Of a DNA stretch of 64,000 bases, positions 18,901 through 29,147 are shown in pieces. The stretch is from contig JAKIVZ010000001.1 in the NCBI GenBank assembly GCA_022750295.1, positions 5,651 through 69,650 of the forward strand. Reading direction: 5' to 3'. This DNA comes from Candidatus Lutacidiplasma silvani. GTDB taxonomy: Archaea; Thermoplasmatota; Thermoplasmata; Lutacidiplasmatales; UBA184. A program made the position numbers and the translations under genes. The notes under the pieces were generated by a model. It searched no databases, was not told the DNA's origin, and saw only the letters and a program-made list of their open reading frames with translations. How positions within the stretch are numbered: position 1 is the stretch's first letter; every line of letters starts with the position of its first letter.

Positions 18901-21165
18901 GTGGCGCGAATCTTCATCGGGGTCTCGTGGCCGTACGCCAACGGCCCCCAGCACCTCGGCCACCTCGCGAGCACCTACGTCCCCGCCGACATCTTCGCCC
19001 GGTACCACCGGCTCCGGGACGACCAGGTCCTGATGGTCTCGGGGTCCGACATGCACGGGACTCCGATCCTCGTCGCGGCCGAGAAGGCGGGTCGGACCCC
19101 GGCCGAGCTCGCGGAACAGTTCCACGAGGTGAATCGGGCGGCGCTCACCCAGCTGGGCGTGACGTTCGACGTGTTCACCACCACCCACACGGTCCTCCAC
19201 GAGCAGAAGGTCCACGAGGTGTTCCTCGCCCTCCTCGAGGGCGGGTACATCCGTCGTCGCACGGCCGACGCGGCGTACTGCCCGAAGGAGCGCCGGTTCC
19301 TCCCGGACCGATATCTCGAGGGGACGTGCCCGCACTGCGGGTTCGCGAAGGCCCGCGGGGACGAGTGCGACAGCTGCGGCCGGCCGCTCGACCCGAAGCA
19401 GCTCGGGTCCCCGAAGTGCGCGTTCGACGGGACGCCGGCCGAGTTCCGGCCCTCCGAGCATTTCTATCTCGAGCTCGACCGGTTGCAACCGAAACTCACG
19501 GAGTACATCGCCCGCCAGGGCCCGACCTGGCGGCCGAGCGTGCTGCACGTCGCCGAGAACTTCCTCACCGAGGGTCTCCACCCGACACCGATCACGCGGG
19601 ACCTGGACTGGGGGGTCTCGATCCCGCTCGAGGGGTACGGGACGAAGCGGATCTACGTCTGGTTCGAGGCGCTGGTGGGGTACCTGTCGGCCGCCCAGGA
19701 GTGGGCGATCCGGTCCGGCCGCCCCGATGCGTGGCGCCAGTACTGGGAGGCGCGGGAGCCGGCGCGCCACTACTACTTCGTGGGGAAGGACAACAAGTTC
19801 CACCACACGATCGTCTGGCCGTCGATGCTCCTCGGCGTGGGCGGACTCCACCTGCCGGACGACGTGCCGGCGAACGAGTGGATGACTCTCGGCGGGCAGA
19901 AGGTCTCGAAGTCCCGGACAAAGGAACAGGACGCGTTCCTCCCCTCGCTCCTCTCCCGGTACACTCCGGACACGATCCGGTTCTACGCGGCGCTCCTGGC
20001 CCCCCAGAATCACGACACGGAGCTCGACTGGGACGAGTTCGAGCGGGTCCACGACGAGATCCTGGCGAACCAGTACGGCAACCTCGCGCAGCGGCTCCTC
20101 GTCCTCGTCCGGGACCGGTACGGCGGCGTCGTTCCCCCCGCCCCCGACGGCTGGTCGGCGCCGGAGTCGGAACTTGGCCAGCGGATCGCGCGGGCCGAGG
20201 AGGCGATCACCCGCGAACTCGAGGCGGTCCACCTCAAGGAAGCGCTCGAGCTCATCCTCGCCGAGGTCCGGGAAGGGAACCGCCGGTTCCACGAGGCGAA
20301 GCCGTGGGCCGCCGACGACGTCGCGCGCCGCCGGGCCGTCACCGAAGGACTGTGGCTCCTGAAGGCCTCGGCGATCTGGCTGTCGCCGTTCGTCCCGTTC
20401 TCCTCCGACACGCTGTTCCGCTCGCTGGGGTACTCCGACGGCCCGTCCCGGGGCGACTGGGAGTCGGTCCGGATCCCGGTCGCCGCCGGGCAGCACCTCG
20501 GCGAGGTACGACCGCTGTTCCCCCGCTTGGAGCGACCCGCCCCCCCGACCCCGGCGGCCGCCCCCTCCCCGAAGCCGGCCGCGGACGGCTCGCTTCCGCC
20601 GCTCGACATCCGGGCCGCCCGGATCGTCCACGTGGAGAACCATCCGTCGGCCGACCGGCTCTACGTCTTGACCGTCGAAGCGGGAGAGCCGCGACCCCGT
20701 ACGGTCGTCGCCGGGTTGCGGGACTCGTACGTTCCCGAGCAGCTCACGGGGCGGATGGTGGCCCTCCTCGCCAACCTCGAGCCCCGCACGATCCGGCGGA
20801 TCACGAGCCAGGGGATGATCCTCGCCGCCGACGTCGGAGGCAAGGCCGCGCTCCTCGAGATCCCCGACGGCGTCGAGCCCGGTCGAGCGATCGGCCCGAC
20901 CCCCGGACCGTCCCGGGCGATCGCGTACTCCGAATTCGAGTCGACCCCCCTCCTCGTCGGCCGGGCCGAGCCCTCGGAAGGCCCGGCGGCCCACGCGGTC
21001 TCGGTCGGACGCACCGTCGCCATCGACCGGGCCGTGTCGCCGGGGGCGTCGGTGGTCGTTCGATTCGCCGGTCCGGAATCGACGGAAGGGACCGTGCTTG
21101 ACTTCGACGACGATCACCTCCTGAAGGCCCCTGCCGCGGCCGCCCCCGGGACGAGGGTCCGATGA
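18901..21165 (+). CDS. metG: Methionyl-tRNA synthetase with C-terminal tRNA-binding domain
   Basis: WPYANG..HLGH, two Zn knuckles, YVWFEA, KVSKS, C-terminal HPSADRLY...SQGMILAA. Confidence 0.97.
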   Translation: MARIFIGVSWPYANGPQHLGHLASTYVPADIFARYHRLRDDQVLMVSGSDMHGTPILVAAEKAGRTPAELAEQFHEVNRAALTQLGVTFDVFTTTHTVLHEQKVHEVFLALLEGGYIRRRTADAAYCPKERRFLPDRYLEGTCPHCGFAKARGDECDSCGRPLDPKQLGSPKCAFDGTPAEFRPSEHFYLELDRLQPKLTEYIARQGPTWRPSVLHVAENFLTEGLHPTPITRDLDWGVSIPLEGYGTKRIYVWFEALVGYLSAAQEWAIRSGRPDAWRQYWEAREPARHYYFVGKDNKFHHTIVWPSMLLGVGGLHLPDDVPANEWMTLGGQKVSKSRTKEQDAFLPSLLSRYTPDTIRFYAALLAPQNHDTELDWDEFERVHDEILANQYGNLAQRLLVLVRDRYGGVVPPAPDGWSAPESELGQRIARAEEAITRELEAVHLKEALELILAEVREGNRRFHEAKPWAADDVARRRAVTEGLWLLKASAIWLSPFVPFSSDTLFRSLGYSDGPSRGDWESVRIPVAAGQHLGEVRPLFPRLERPAPPTPAAAPSPKPAADGSLPPLDIRAARIVHVENHPSADRLYVLTVEAGEPRPRTVVAGLRDSYVPEQLTGRMVALLANLEPRTIRRITSQGMILAADVGGKAALLEIPDGVEPGRAIGPTPGPSRAIAYSEFESTPLLVGRAEPSEGPAAHAVSVGRTVAIDRAVSPGASVVVRFAGPESTEGTVLDFDDDHLLKAPAAAAPGTRVR

Positions 21166-21842
21166 CCGGCGGATTCCGACTCGACCTGCACGTGCACACG
21201 ACCTACTCCCCCGATTCGCGGCTGCCCCTCGACGCGGTCGTCGAGCGGCTTGGGACGGAAGGGCTGCAGGGGTTCGCGCTCACCGACCACAACACCGTCG
21301 CCGGTCACGCGGCCCTTCGGACCCTCGCCGACAAGTTCCCCCAGTACCGGTTCATTCCCGGCATCGAGGTCTCCACCTACGAGGGTCACCTCCTCGTCTT
21401 CGGGGTCGCCGAGGTCCCGCCGCTCCATCGCCCGGTCGAGGAGACCGTCGAGTGGGTGGAGGCGCACGGGGGCGTGGCCGTCCCCGCGCACCCCGCCCGG
21501 CATTCGCACGGGATCGGTCGGCGCGTCGCGTCGCGCCTCAAGGTACCGGCGCTCGAGACCGTCAACGGGCACAACTCCGAGGTGGCGAACGCCCGGGCCG
21601 CCCTGATCGCCGCGTCGCGGACCCTTGGGGAGACCGGGGGCAGCGACGCCCACGACGCCGCGGGGGTCGGACGCGGATACACCGTGTTTCCCGAGGGGGT
21701 CGAGACCGTCGACCAGATGCTCGAGGAACTTCGGCGCCGGCACACGCGGTCGGGCGGGGTGTCGCTCCGATTCGGCGAGATGGCCCGGCTCGCGATTCGG
21801 ACCGTCACGCTCCGGGTCACCCGGGGCTTCCGGCCCATCTGA
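21162..21842 (+). CDS. PHP-domain metallophosphoesterase
   Basis: DLHVHT..S.D, TDHN, GIEVS, AHP, GGSDAH. Confidence 0.9.
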   Translation: MTGGFRLDLHVHTTYSPDSRLPLDAVVERLGTEGLQGFALTDHNTVAGHAALRTLADKFPQYRFIPGIEVSTYEGHLLVFGVAEVPPLHRPVEETVEWVEAHGGVAVPAHPARHSHGIGRRVASRLKVPALETVNGHNSEVANARAALIAASRTLGETGGSDAHDAAGVGRGYTVFPEGVETVDQMLEELRRRHTRSGGVSLRFGEMARLAIRTVTLRVTRGFRPI

Positions 21843-21889
21843 GCGACTCCTCTCGGCTTTTTATCGCGCCGCCCCTGTGCGCGGCGCGC

Positions 21890-21962
21890 GCTGAGGTGGC
21901 AGAATGGTTAATGCGTCGGACTGCAGATCCGATTCCTGGGGGTTCGATTCCCTCCCTCAGCT
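21890..21962 (+). tRNA. tRNA-Cys (GCA), intronless, CCA not encoded
   Basis: Acceptor GCTGAGG/CCTCAGC, anticodon arm TCGGA-CTGCAGA-TCCGA, T-loop GGTTCGATTCC, discriminator U; TTTTTA box about 30 bp upstream. Confidence 0.95.
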
Positions 21963-22155
21963 CTCCGATTCGTCCGGGAGTCGGGTCCCCGGTTCGGCGG
22001 GGTAAAGGCCGCGGTCCCTCGGACGTACGCGGGCCGACGGACGCCCGGCGCGCCGATTCTGGGACTCGACCGGCCGGCCGCGGCTCGTCCGGTCGACGAG
22101 AAGACCCGGCCGTATCGTTCGGCGGGATTCTAATACTGGATTCTCGCGAACGAAT

Positions 22156-23229
22156 GTGCTCATGGCCCTCCCTACCCCGACCCTGGGACCGGTCGCGAAC
22201 CCCGCGGTCCCGGGGAGGGCCTCGCGGGTGCCCGTTGGGTTGCGGCGGAATGCCCCGTGGCTCGTGCTGATCGTCACGTCGATCACGTTCGCAGAGTTCC
22301 TGACTGGCTCGACGCCCGTCCTCGTCCCCCTTCTGGACCCGCTCTCGGCCCTGTTCCTGGTGGGCCTCTACGGGGCCGGGGTCCTCCTGGTCCGCGAGGC
22401 GTCGATCCGGTGGAACAAGGGGTGGCCGACGATCCTCCTGCTGGGCGCCGCGTATGGGATTGCGGAGGAGGGCCTCGGGACCAAGACGTTCTTCGGACCC
22501 GCCGGCGTCGGCTACCTCGGGGTCTACGGTCACTTCGTGGGCGTCAACTGGGTCTGGGCGGTCGAGCTCGACCTCTTCCATGCCGTCTGGAGCATCGCCC
22601 TCCCGATCGCCGCGGTCGGGCTGCTCTTCCCGGCCACCCAGGGGGTTTCGTTCCTCCCGACCCCCCGGATCCGCTGGGCGGTGCTCGCGGTGTTCGTCAC
22701 GACCGTCGCCCTGATGTTCGTCCTGTTCCACCGGTCGGAGATCCCGTCGATCGCCCTCATCGTGGCGGCCCTGGCGGCCATCGCGGCCCTGGTCGCCGCG
22801 GCCCGGCGGGCCCCGGCAGGTCTCGGCGGGCTCGGGGTCGGCCGAACGGCGCAGGGGTCCGGGCTCGCGCCGTTCGGCCTGGGAGCCGCATTCGTTTGGG
22901 GGTTCTTCGGCCTCGCCTGGGTCGGTCCGCAGCTCATCGCGGTACCGGCGGTGGTCGCCCTCGCGGTCCTCGCCTGGTCGGTCGGCGTCGGGATCCACCT
23001 CGCGCGTCGGCGCGACGAGTTCACGGCCCCCCTCGCCCGGCTCGACTTCGTCCTCGGGACCCTGACATTCCTCGTCGTTCTCGCGCTCGTGATGGGCGTG
23101 TTCGGCGACTTCGGGGTGTTCCCGGTCGTCGGGGTCGTTCTCTACGTCGGCTGGCGGCTGCGACGCCGTCTGCTCGCCCCGACGCCGGTCGCCGTCCCGT
23201 TCGGGGCCGCCGGCGGATTCGCGACCTAG
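22156..23229 (+). CDS. Uncharacterised multi-pass membrane protein
   Basis: About 10 hydrophobic helices; conserved-looking 'GAAYGIAEEGL..K.FF' and 'FHAVWSI'. Confidence 0.75.
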   Translation: MLMALPTPTLGPVANPAVPGRASRVPVGLRRNAPWLVLIVTSITFAEFLTGSTPVLVPLLDPLSALFLVGLYGAGVLLVREASIRWNKGWPTILLLGAAYGIAEEGLGTKTFFGPAGVGYLGVYGHFVGVNWVWAVELDLFHAVWSIALPIAAVGLLFPATQGVSFLPTPRIRWAVLAVFVTTVALMFVLFHRSEIPSIALIVAALAAIAALVAAARRAPAGLGGLGVGRTAQGSGLAPFGLGAAFVWGFFGLAWVGPQLIAVPAVVALAVLAWSVGVGIHLARRRDEFTAPLARLDFVLGTLTFLVVLALVMGVFGDFGVFPVVGVVLYVGWRLRRRLLAPTPVAVPFGAAGGFAT

Positions 23230-24020
23230 CGGGGAGTCCCGCGGAAGCCGAACTCCCGGTGGACGAGCGGGAGGATCTCGTCGAGCTTCCGCGCCCGGTG
23301 CGACGGCGCGAGCGGGGGGCCCGCCGTCGGCACGAACAGCTTCCGGTAGTCCGGGGCGTAGTCGGTGCTCCCCTCGAAGAGGATCGTCGCCCGGTACCCC
23401 GCGCCCTGGGCCCCGAGGATGTCGGACGGCCCGTCGCCGACGTGGATGGCTTCGCTCGCCTTCGCGTGGAGACGACCGAGCGCGAAGTCGAACAGCTGGC
23501 GGCTCGGCTTCGTCCAGGGGTGCTCGTCGGACCAGACGAACGCGTCGAACGATCGGGCGAGGCCGTGCCGGGCGAGGGCCCGCTCGAGCGACCGTCCCGG
23601 CTCCCCGACGGTGTTCGAGATGATCGCGAGCCGGCACCCGTACATCCGCAACGATTCCAGAACCGGTTTCGCCCCGCGCACGGCGCGGAACGGGGTGTCG
23701 TCGACCAGCCGTTCGAGCCGCTGTTCGTACGTCTCGGGCCGCGGTCGGCGACCCGCGAGCGCGCCCGCTCGGACGACCTGGGTGCCCGGGGTGACGGTCG
23801 AGCCTTCGCGGGCCGCCACGACCGCCTCTTCGTACGCCCGACGGAACGCGTCCCACGGGTCGAGCGCGATGGAGACGTCCGGGGAAACCGGGCCCTCCGG
23901 GGCGTCGGCGACGACCTCTCCGCCGATCGCCCACTGGCGGCGCATGTACTCGGCCTCTGCGAACGGAGGCAGGTCGAGCAGGGTGTGCCAGAGGTCGAAC
24001 GTGACCGCGTGCGCTGGCAT
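23226..24020 (-). CDS. HAD-superfamily hydrolase
   Basis: FDLWHTL motif I, ISNT, KP, HVGD...DI.GA motifs. Confidence 0.88.
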   Translation of the reverse strand: MPAHAVTFDLWHTLLDLPPFAEAEYMRRQWAIGGEVVADAPEGPVSPDVSIALDPWDAFRRAYEEAVVAAREGSTVTPGTQVVRAGALAGRRPRPETYEQRLERLVDDTPFRAVRGAKPVLESLRMYGCRLAIISNTVGEPGRSLERALARHGLARSFDAFVWSDEHPWTKPSRQLFDFALGRLHAKASEAIHVGDGPSDILGAQGAGYRATILFEGSTDYAPDYRKLFVPTAGPPLAPSHRARKLDEILPLVHREFGFRGTPR

Positions 24021-24105
24021 CGTCTCCCCGGGTCCCGAGGCGCCGCACCGGGGCCCGCCCCACCGCCCGGGGAAAGATGAAGGCCCGGTCTCCCCTCCCG
24101 ACGCC

Positions 24106-25302
24106 GTGGCGAGCGGGTCGACGTCCCCGGAGACGGCCGTGGTCCTCGGCGCGGGGTACGCCGGACTGCGGGTCGCCCACGAGATCCGGCGGCGAAGCCG
24201 ACGGTCCATCCCGGTCGTCCTCGTCGACCGGAGCCCGGTGCACGTTCTCCGCACCGAGCTCTACGAGGTCGGGGCCCTGGCCGACGCGCGCCGCACGGAC
24301 CGGAGATTCACCCTCCCGCTCGAAGAGCTCGTCCGGAAAGATGGGATCGAGTATCGCCAGGGGACGGTCGCGGGGATCGACCTCGACGGCGGGACCGTGG
24401 ACCTCGGGACCGCGTCCCTGCCGTATCGCAGCCTCGCGATCTGCCTCGGGAACGTCGCGGCGTTCTACGGCGTCGCCGGGGCCGAGGAGCACACGTACCA
24501 AGTCTACCGATACAGCGGCGCGGTCCGCCTCGCGGCCGCGATGCGGGAGCTCGAGGCGAACTCGCCGACCCTCCCGGGGGCCCGCCGTCCCCGGGTGCTC
24601 GTCATCGGCGGCGGCTCGACGGGAACGGAGGTCGCGGCCGAGATCGCCACCGCCGACTGGCCGGGGATCGCGGGCCCGCTCGCGCGTCCCCCGGAGGTCG
24701 TGCTGGTGTGCGGGGCCCTCCCGTTCCTCGCGGGACTCCCGGTCGGCCTCGTCGGGCACGCCCGGCGGCTTCTCTACGACGCCGGCGTGGTCCTCCACGA
24801 AGGGATCAACGTCCGGTCGATCGCGCCCGGCCGGGCGACCCTCGACGACGGCTCCGAGCTTCCGTTCGACGTCGCGGTCTGGGCCGCCGGGATCCAGGCC
24901 CCCGACGTGATCCGGCGGCTGCCGGGTCCGCACGGCCGGGGGGGCCGCCTGAAGGTCACCGAGCATCTCGAGCTCGTCGACCGCCCCGGCGTCTTCGGGG
25001 TCGGCGACGTCGTCGAGTTCGAGGACCCGACGACGCACATGGTCGTCCCGAGCACCGCCCAGGCGGCGCTCGCCGAGGCGCCGGTCGCCGCGGCGAATTT
25101 GGTCGCCCGGTGGAACGGCGAACCGATGCGGCCGTTCCGGTACCGCGAGCGGGGGGTCGTCGTCGCCCTCGGCGTCGGGCGGGCGGCCGGGAAGTTGAGC
25201 CGGGTCACCGTCTGGGGGAGCCCCGCCCACTTGCTGAAGACGCTCGTCCAGCGGGAGTACGCGAGCGCGACGGCCCGGGGCCGTCCGCCCACGGGGCTGT
25301 GA
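24106..25302 (+). CDS. Type II NADH:quinone oxidoreductase-like flavoprotein
   Basis: Two Rossmann motifs (LGAGYAG; IGGGSTGTEVAAE), WAAG, GD, P.TAQ.A. Confidence 0.82.
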   Translation: MASGSTSPETAVVLGAGYAGLRVAHEIRRRSRRSIPVVLVDRSPVHVLRTELYEVGALADARRTDRRFTLPLEELVRKDGIEYRQGTVAGIDLDGGTVDLGTASLPYRSLAICLGNVAAFYGVAGAEEHTYQVYRYSGAVRLAAAMRELEANSPTLPGARRPRVLVIGGGSTGTEVAAEIATADWPGIAGPLARPPEVVLVCGALPFLAGLPVGLVGHARRLLYDAGVVLHEGINVRSIAPGRATLDDGSELPFDVAVWAAGIQAPDVIRRLPGPHGRGGRLKVTEHLELVDRPGVFGVGDVVEFEDPTTHMVVPSTAQAALAEAPVAAANLVARWNGEPMRPFRYRERGVVVALGVGRAAGKLSRVTVWGSPAHLLKTLVQREYASATARGRPPTGL

Positions 25303-25366
25303 GACGGCCGTGTCCGCCCGGCGCCGGAACCGTTAATCCGCTCGGGCGCTCCGGCAGGTCGCGGCG

Positions 25367-26344
25367 ATGCGGGCTCTCGTGCTGATCGGCGGGTTCGGGA
25401 CCCGCCTCCGGCCGGTGACGTACGACGTTCCGAAGCAACTCATCCCCATCGCGGGGAAGCCGATGCTCTACCACGTCCTCGACCTCCTGCCAAAGGAGGT
25501 CGACTCGGCGGTGTTCGCGACCGGGTACAAGGCCGATGTCATCGAGGCGTACGTCCGCGACCACCCGCTCCCCCGTCTCCCGATCACGACCGTCCACGAG
25601 GCGGAGCCGCTCGGGACGGGCGGGGGTCTCCGGAACGCCGGGGACGGGATCGGCGACCCGTTCGTGCTCCTCAACTCCGACGTCATCGCCGACGTCGACG
25701 TGACGGCGCTCCTCGCCGCCCACCGGGCGAAACACGCGTTCGGCACGATGGTCCTCCACGAGGTCGACGACACCCGGCCGTACGGCGTCGCCGCCCTCGA
25801 CGCGGACGACCGGATCGGCGCCTTTGTCGAGAAGCCGGAGCCGGCCGACGCCCCCTCGCACTGGATCAACGCCGGCGTCGCCGTCTGGTCCGAGGCGGTC
25901 CTCGCCGAGATCCCGCCGGGCCGGCCGGTCTCCTTCGAGCGGGAGGTCGTCCCCGGCCTCCTGCCGCGCGGCGTTTTCGGATTCCGTTCCACCGGGTTCT
26001 GGGAGGACGCCGGGACCCCCGAGCGTCTCCTTCGGGCCCAGTCGCTTCTCTTCGATGCCGGTCGCGGGGGTCCGGGCACCCTCCCCGCCGGCGCCACCGG
26101 CCAGGGTCCCGTCGCGCTCGGGAGCGGGGTCGAGGCCCGGGGCGCGAAATTCGGGCCGTACGTCACCCTCGGGAACGGGGTCGTCGTCGAAGCCGGGGCG
26201 CACGTGGCGAACTCGGTGGTCATGGACGGGGCGACGATCGGGCCGGGCGCGACGGTGACCGGTTCCATCGTCGGGCCGAAGGCCCGCGTGGCCGCCGGCC
26301 GTACGCTCGCCGGCGTCGTGGTCGGCGGCTCGGCCGACGCCTAG
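25367..26344 (+). CDS. NDP-sugar pyrophosphorylase with LbH domain
   Basis: GGFGTRLRP.T...PK.L.P, EPLGTGG, F.EKP, W.D.GT; hexapeptide tail. Confidence 0.9.
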   Translation: MRALVLIGGFGTRLRPVTYDVPKQLIPIAGKPMLYHVLDLLPKEVDSAVFATGYKADVIEAYVRDHPLPRLPITTVHEAEPLGTGGGLRNAGDGIGDPFVLLNSDVIADVDVTALLAAHRAKHAFGTMVLHEVDDTRPYGVAALDADDRIGAFVEKPEPADAPSHWINAGVAVWSEAVLAEIPPGRPVSFEREVVPGLLPRGVFGFRSTGFWEDAGTPERLLRAQSLLFDAGRGGPGTLPAGATGQGPVALGSGVEARGAKFGPYVTLGNGVVVEAGAHVANSVVMDGATIGPGATVTGSIVGPKARVAAGRTLAGVVVGGSADA

Positions 26345-29076
26345 CCAGCCCCTTCGGGGGGTCGGGCGGGCGGCCGACGAGGACCCCGGAGCCCGACGAG
26401 CAGGACCGCTTCCGCCCCGGCCACGGCGAGGAGTCCGATCGCGAGCCAGAACGTCGCGTTGTACGGCGACGGCGAGCTGCTCGTGGCCGGTCCGGTCGTG
26501 TTCGAGCCGACGCCGGGCAGTACGGCGACGGTGAGGACGTTGCTGGCGCCGACCCCTCCATCGGCGTCGACGGCGTGGACGTTGAGCGACAGGTTCCCGG
26601 TCCCGGTCGGCGCGAGCGTGACCGTCGTACCGTTGTCGCCCGCGAGGAGCTGGGAGCCGTTGTACCAACGGATCGCGAACGGCCCGGTCCCGCCGGAAAC
26701 GGTCACCACGAACGTGGCGGGCACCCCGACCCGGACGGTCGCGGACGGTTCCGATGCCGCGAGCGACAGGGAGAGGACGTCGTGGATCGGGATCGCCGCG
26801 CTCGAAGCGTTCACGACCGCTCCCGCCGCATCGGAGACGGAGACCTGCGCGGTCACCGTTCCCACGCTCGTCGCGGAGGCGACGACCGGGCCCGCGCAGC
26901 TCCCGGGGGCCGGGAACTCGCCGGGGAGGGTCCAGTTGCACAGGTACGGCGGGGTCCCGCCCTCGATCACGGTGGAGAACGTCAGCGACCCGCCGACGTC
27001 GGCGCCTGCGACCGACGGGACGACCGTGACGTTGAGCGCGGGCGAGACGACGAGGACGGCCGGGGGCGAGACGATCTCGTCGCCCAAGCTATCGCGGACG
27101 GTCGCCACCGGGCGGCTCACCCCCGCCGCGATCGGTCGGCAGGTCACGACCGGGCCGGACGTCCCGCCGCATCCGTCCGGGAGCCCCGACCAGGTGAAGT
27201 TGTAGACCCCGGCGCCCCCGTGAGCCGCCGCGCTCAGCGTCAGGTTCTCTCCGACGTCGACCGGGTCCGGGGAGGCCCTCACCGAACCGGAAAGGGGCAA
27301 CGGCGTCGTCTGGTACAGGTTCTCGAGGATCGTCTCCGCGTCGTCGGGGCTCGGCGGCTGGAACGCCGACCCGGTCATCAGATGGGAGTACCCGAAGGCG
27401 CCGTCCGGCCCGCTCGTCGACTCGGTCGTGTACTTCGGCGTCGCCGACTGGGAGAACGAGAACGCCTGGATCGACGGCGAGGCGCCCGCGCTCGCGACCG
27501 TCTCGGTGGCGACCCACACGCCGTTCGCGCCGGTCACCTCATCGTCGACGGAGTGGGACGTCGAGGTCGACGGCCCGCCGAATCCCGTCGAGGCGGCGGT
27601 GTCGAATTCGGTCCACTGCTGCTGGAAATTCAGCATCGACGTCGTGGCATTGCCGGTAACGGGGTACCCCCCCCCGGTCGTCGATGTCACGAGGAATTGG
27701 GAGCCGAGGTCGGTCCCGATCGCGAACGTCCGGCTGGAATTGTCGTACTGACGGCCGGCCGCGGACGTGGACACGCTCGTGTCGGACAGCGTCGACGTTT
27801 GGCTGAGGTTCTCCCATCCGGTGCCGTTCGTCGGGGCCGTCACCGAGGTCGTCGTCTGTCGGAACGTCCCGGTGCCCGACGACGAGACGGAGACCGTCCC
27901 GTTCGTCGTGGACAGCTCGGACGCGTACGTGAACGAGGTCGAGGAGGAGATCGTCGATCCGGAGGTTCCGGGCGACGGCAGCACCGCCTCGCTCGATGTG
28001 CTCGTGGCGCCGCCGACCGTGGCGTTCGTCCAGAGGAGGAGCGACCCCTGGACGAGCCAGTCGCTCTGCGACTGGCGTCCCCCGACCGTGACGTTGTAGG
28101 TGTGGGCCCCCTCGAGGAGGCCGAGAGCCCCCGAGACGTTCAGCTCGTACGGACGGTCGCTGAGCGTGTAGTCGGCCGGGATCGGACGCCACAGGAACAG
28201 GTCGACGCCTCCCGTGTTCACGAACGGGAACGGGTAGACCGCGGCGAACGGCGACCCGTCGAGCGTGACGTCGATGGACCGGGCGCTCGGGGAGTTGGCC
28301 CACCAGAACTCGTCGGACTGGAAGCCGTACGCCCACAGCTCCAGCACGGCGGCGGACGTGTCCGTGGGGACCGTGGCGTTCACCGAGATCGACGGGGTCG
28401 CCGGCACGATGTAGTGCTGCGACCAGAGCGGGACGACCTTCGACGGCTCGCTCGGGACCGGACCCCCCGGCGGGGGCGGGTAGAACGTGAGGTTGATCGA
28501 CGTCGAGAAGTACCCGCCCACAAGCGCGGCGCTGAGGACGAACGTGAAGTTCGCCCCCGGTTCGAGAAGGCTCTCGTACTCGGTGATGTTGTCGAGCACG
28601 GTCCACGTGCCGAACTCCGGGGTCGTGCCGAAGAGGACCTGGGCCCCGTCCACGTACGCCCGGTACGACGAATCGTAGACGCCGCCGACGGCGGTGCCGG
28701 TGTAGTTGAGCACCACGGAGTCCCACGGGCCGCCGGCCGGGGTGTCGTTGACGTACGCGCAGCATCCCCGGTTGTTCGTGGTAACGGTCACGACGACGGG
28801 GGTCGTATCGGGAACCGCCGGAGGCGGGGTTTCCTGGTACGCGGAGACCGGCGTCCCGGCAGCAGGGTCCGACCCCGGCACCGTGAGGTTGTGCTGGAGA
28901 AGCCCGGCGAGCGGTTCGACCGGGGCGAGCGACGACACCGCCGGCGCCAGGTCGGGAGGACCCGCACCGGGGACGGTCGGGACCCCGGCGGCGTGGCTCG
29001 ACGGGATGGCGGCGGCCAGCGGAAGGAGGAGAAGGATCGCGACGACCGCCAGCGACGCCGACGGCCGACGTCCCAT
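26341..29076 (-). CDS. Secreted, membrane-anchored peptide-N4-(N-acetyl-beta-glucosaminyl)asparagine amidase A (PNGase A)-like protein with PKD/Ig-like stalk
   Basis: Signal peptide; 'G.VYD...FGTTPE', 'DEFWW', 'PFPFVNTGG...LWRPI'; three GGxxxY Ig-like repeats; C-terminal TM and basic tail. Confidence 0.8.
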   Translation of the reverse strand: MGRRPSASLAVVAILLLLPLAAAIPSSHAAGVPTVPGAGPPDLAPAVSSLAPVEPLAGLLQHNLTVPGSDPAAGTPVSAYQETPPPAVPDTTPVVVTVTTNNRGCCAYVNDTPAGGPWDSVVLNYTGTAVGGVYDSSYRAYVDGAQVLFGTTPEFGTWTVLDNITEYESLLEPGANFTFVLSAALVGGYFSTSINLTFYPPPPGGPVPSEPSKVVPLWSQHYIVPATPSISVNATVPTDTSAAVLELWAYGFQSDEFWWANSPSARSIDVTLDGSPFAAVYPFPFVNTGGVDLFLWRPIPADYTLSDRPYELNVSGALGLLEGAHTYNVTVGGRQSQSDWLVQGSLLLWTNATVGGATSTSSEAVLPSPGTSGSTISSSTSFTYASELSTTNGTVSVSSSGTGTFRQTTTSVTAPTNGTGWENLSQTSTLSDTSVSTSAAGRQYDNSSRTFAIGTDLGSQFLVTSTTGGGYPVTGNATTSMLNFQQQWTEFDTAASTGFGGPSTSTSHSVDDEVTGANGVWVATETVASAGASPSIQAFSFSQSATPKYTTESTSGPDGAFGYSHLMTGSAFQPPSPDDAETILENLYQTTPLPLSGSVRASPDPVDVGENLTLSAAAHGGAGVYNFTWSGLPDGCGGTSGPVVTCRPIAAGVSRPVATVRDSLGDEIVSPPAVLVVSPALNVTVVPSVAGADVGGSLTFSTVIEGGTPPYLCNWTLPGEFPAPGSCAGPVVASATSVGTVTAQVSVSDAAGAVVNASSAAIPIHDVLSLSLAASEPSATVRVGVPATFVVTVSGGTGPFAIRWYNGSQLLAGDNGTTVTLAPTGTGNLSLNVHAVDADGGVGASNVLTVAVLPGVGSNTTGPATSSSPSPYNATFWLAIGLLAVAGAEAVLLVGLRGPRRPPARPPEGAG

Positions 29077-29147
29077 CCGACGGGCGAGGCCGGGGCCGTA
29101 CAAAACCTAGGACCGCCGACCGGCCGGCGTCCGACGCCTCGAACCGC

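Noticed and set aside
15752-21962. Integrase plus tRNA-Cys as a possible integrated element
   Set aside because: The recombinase is XerA-like, the intervening genes are housekeeping (thyX, metG), and I saw no duplicated tRNA 3' end.
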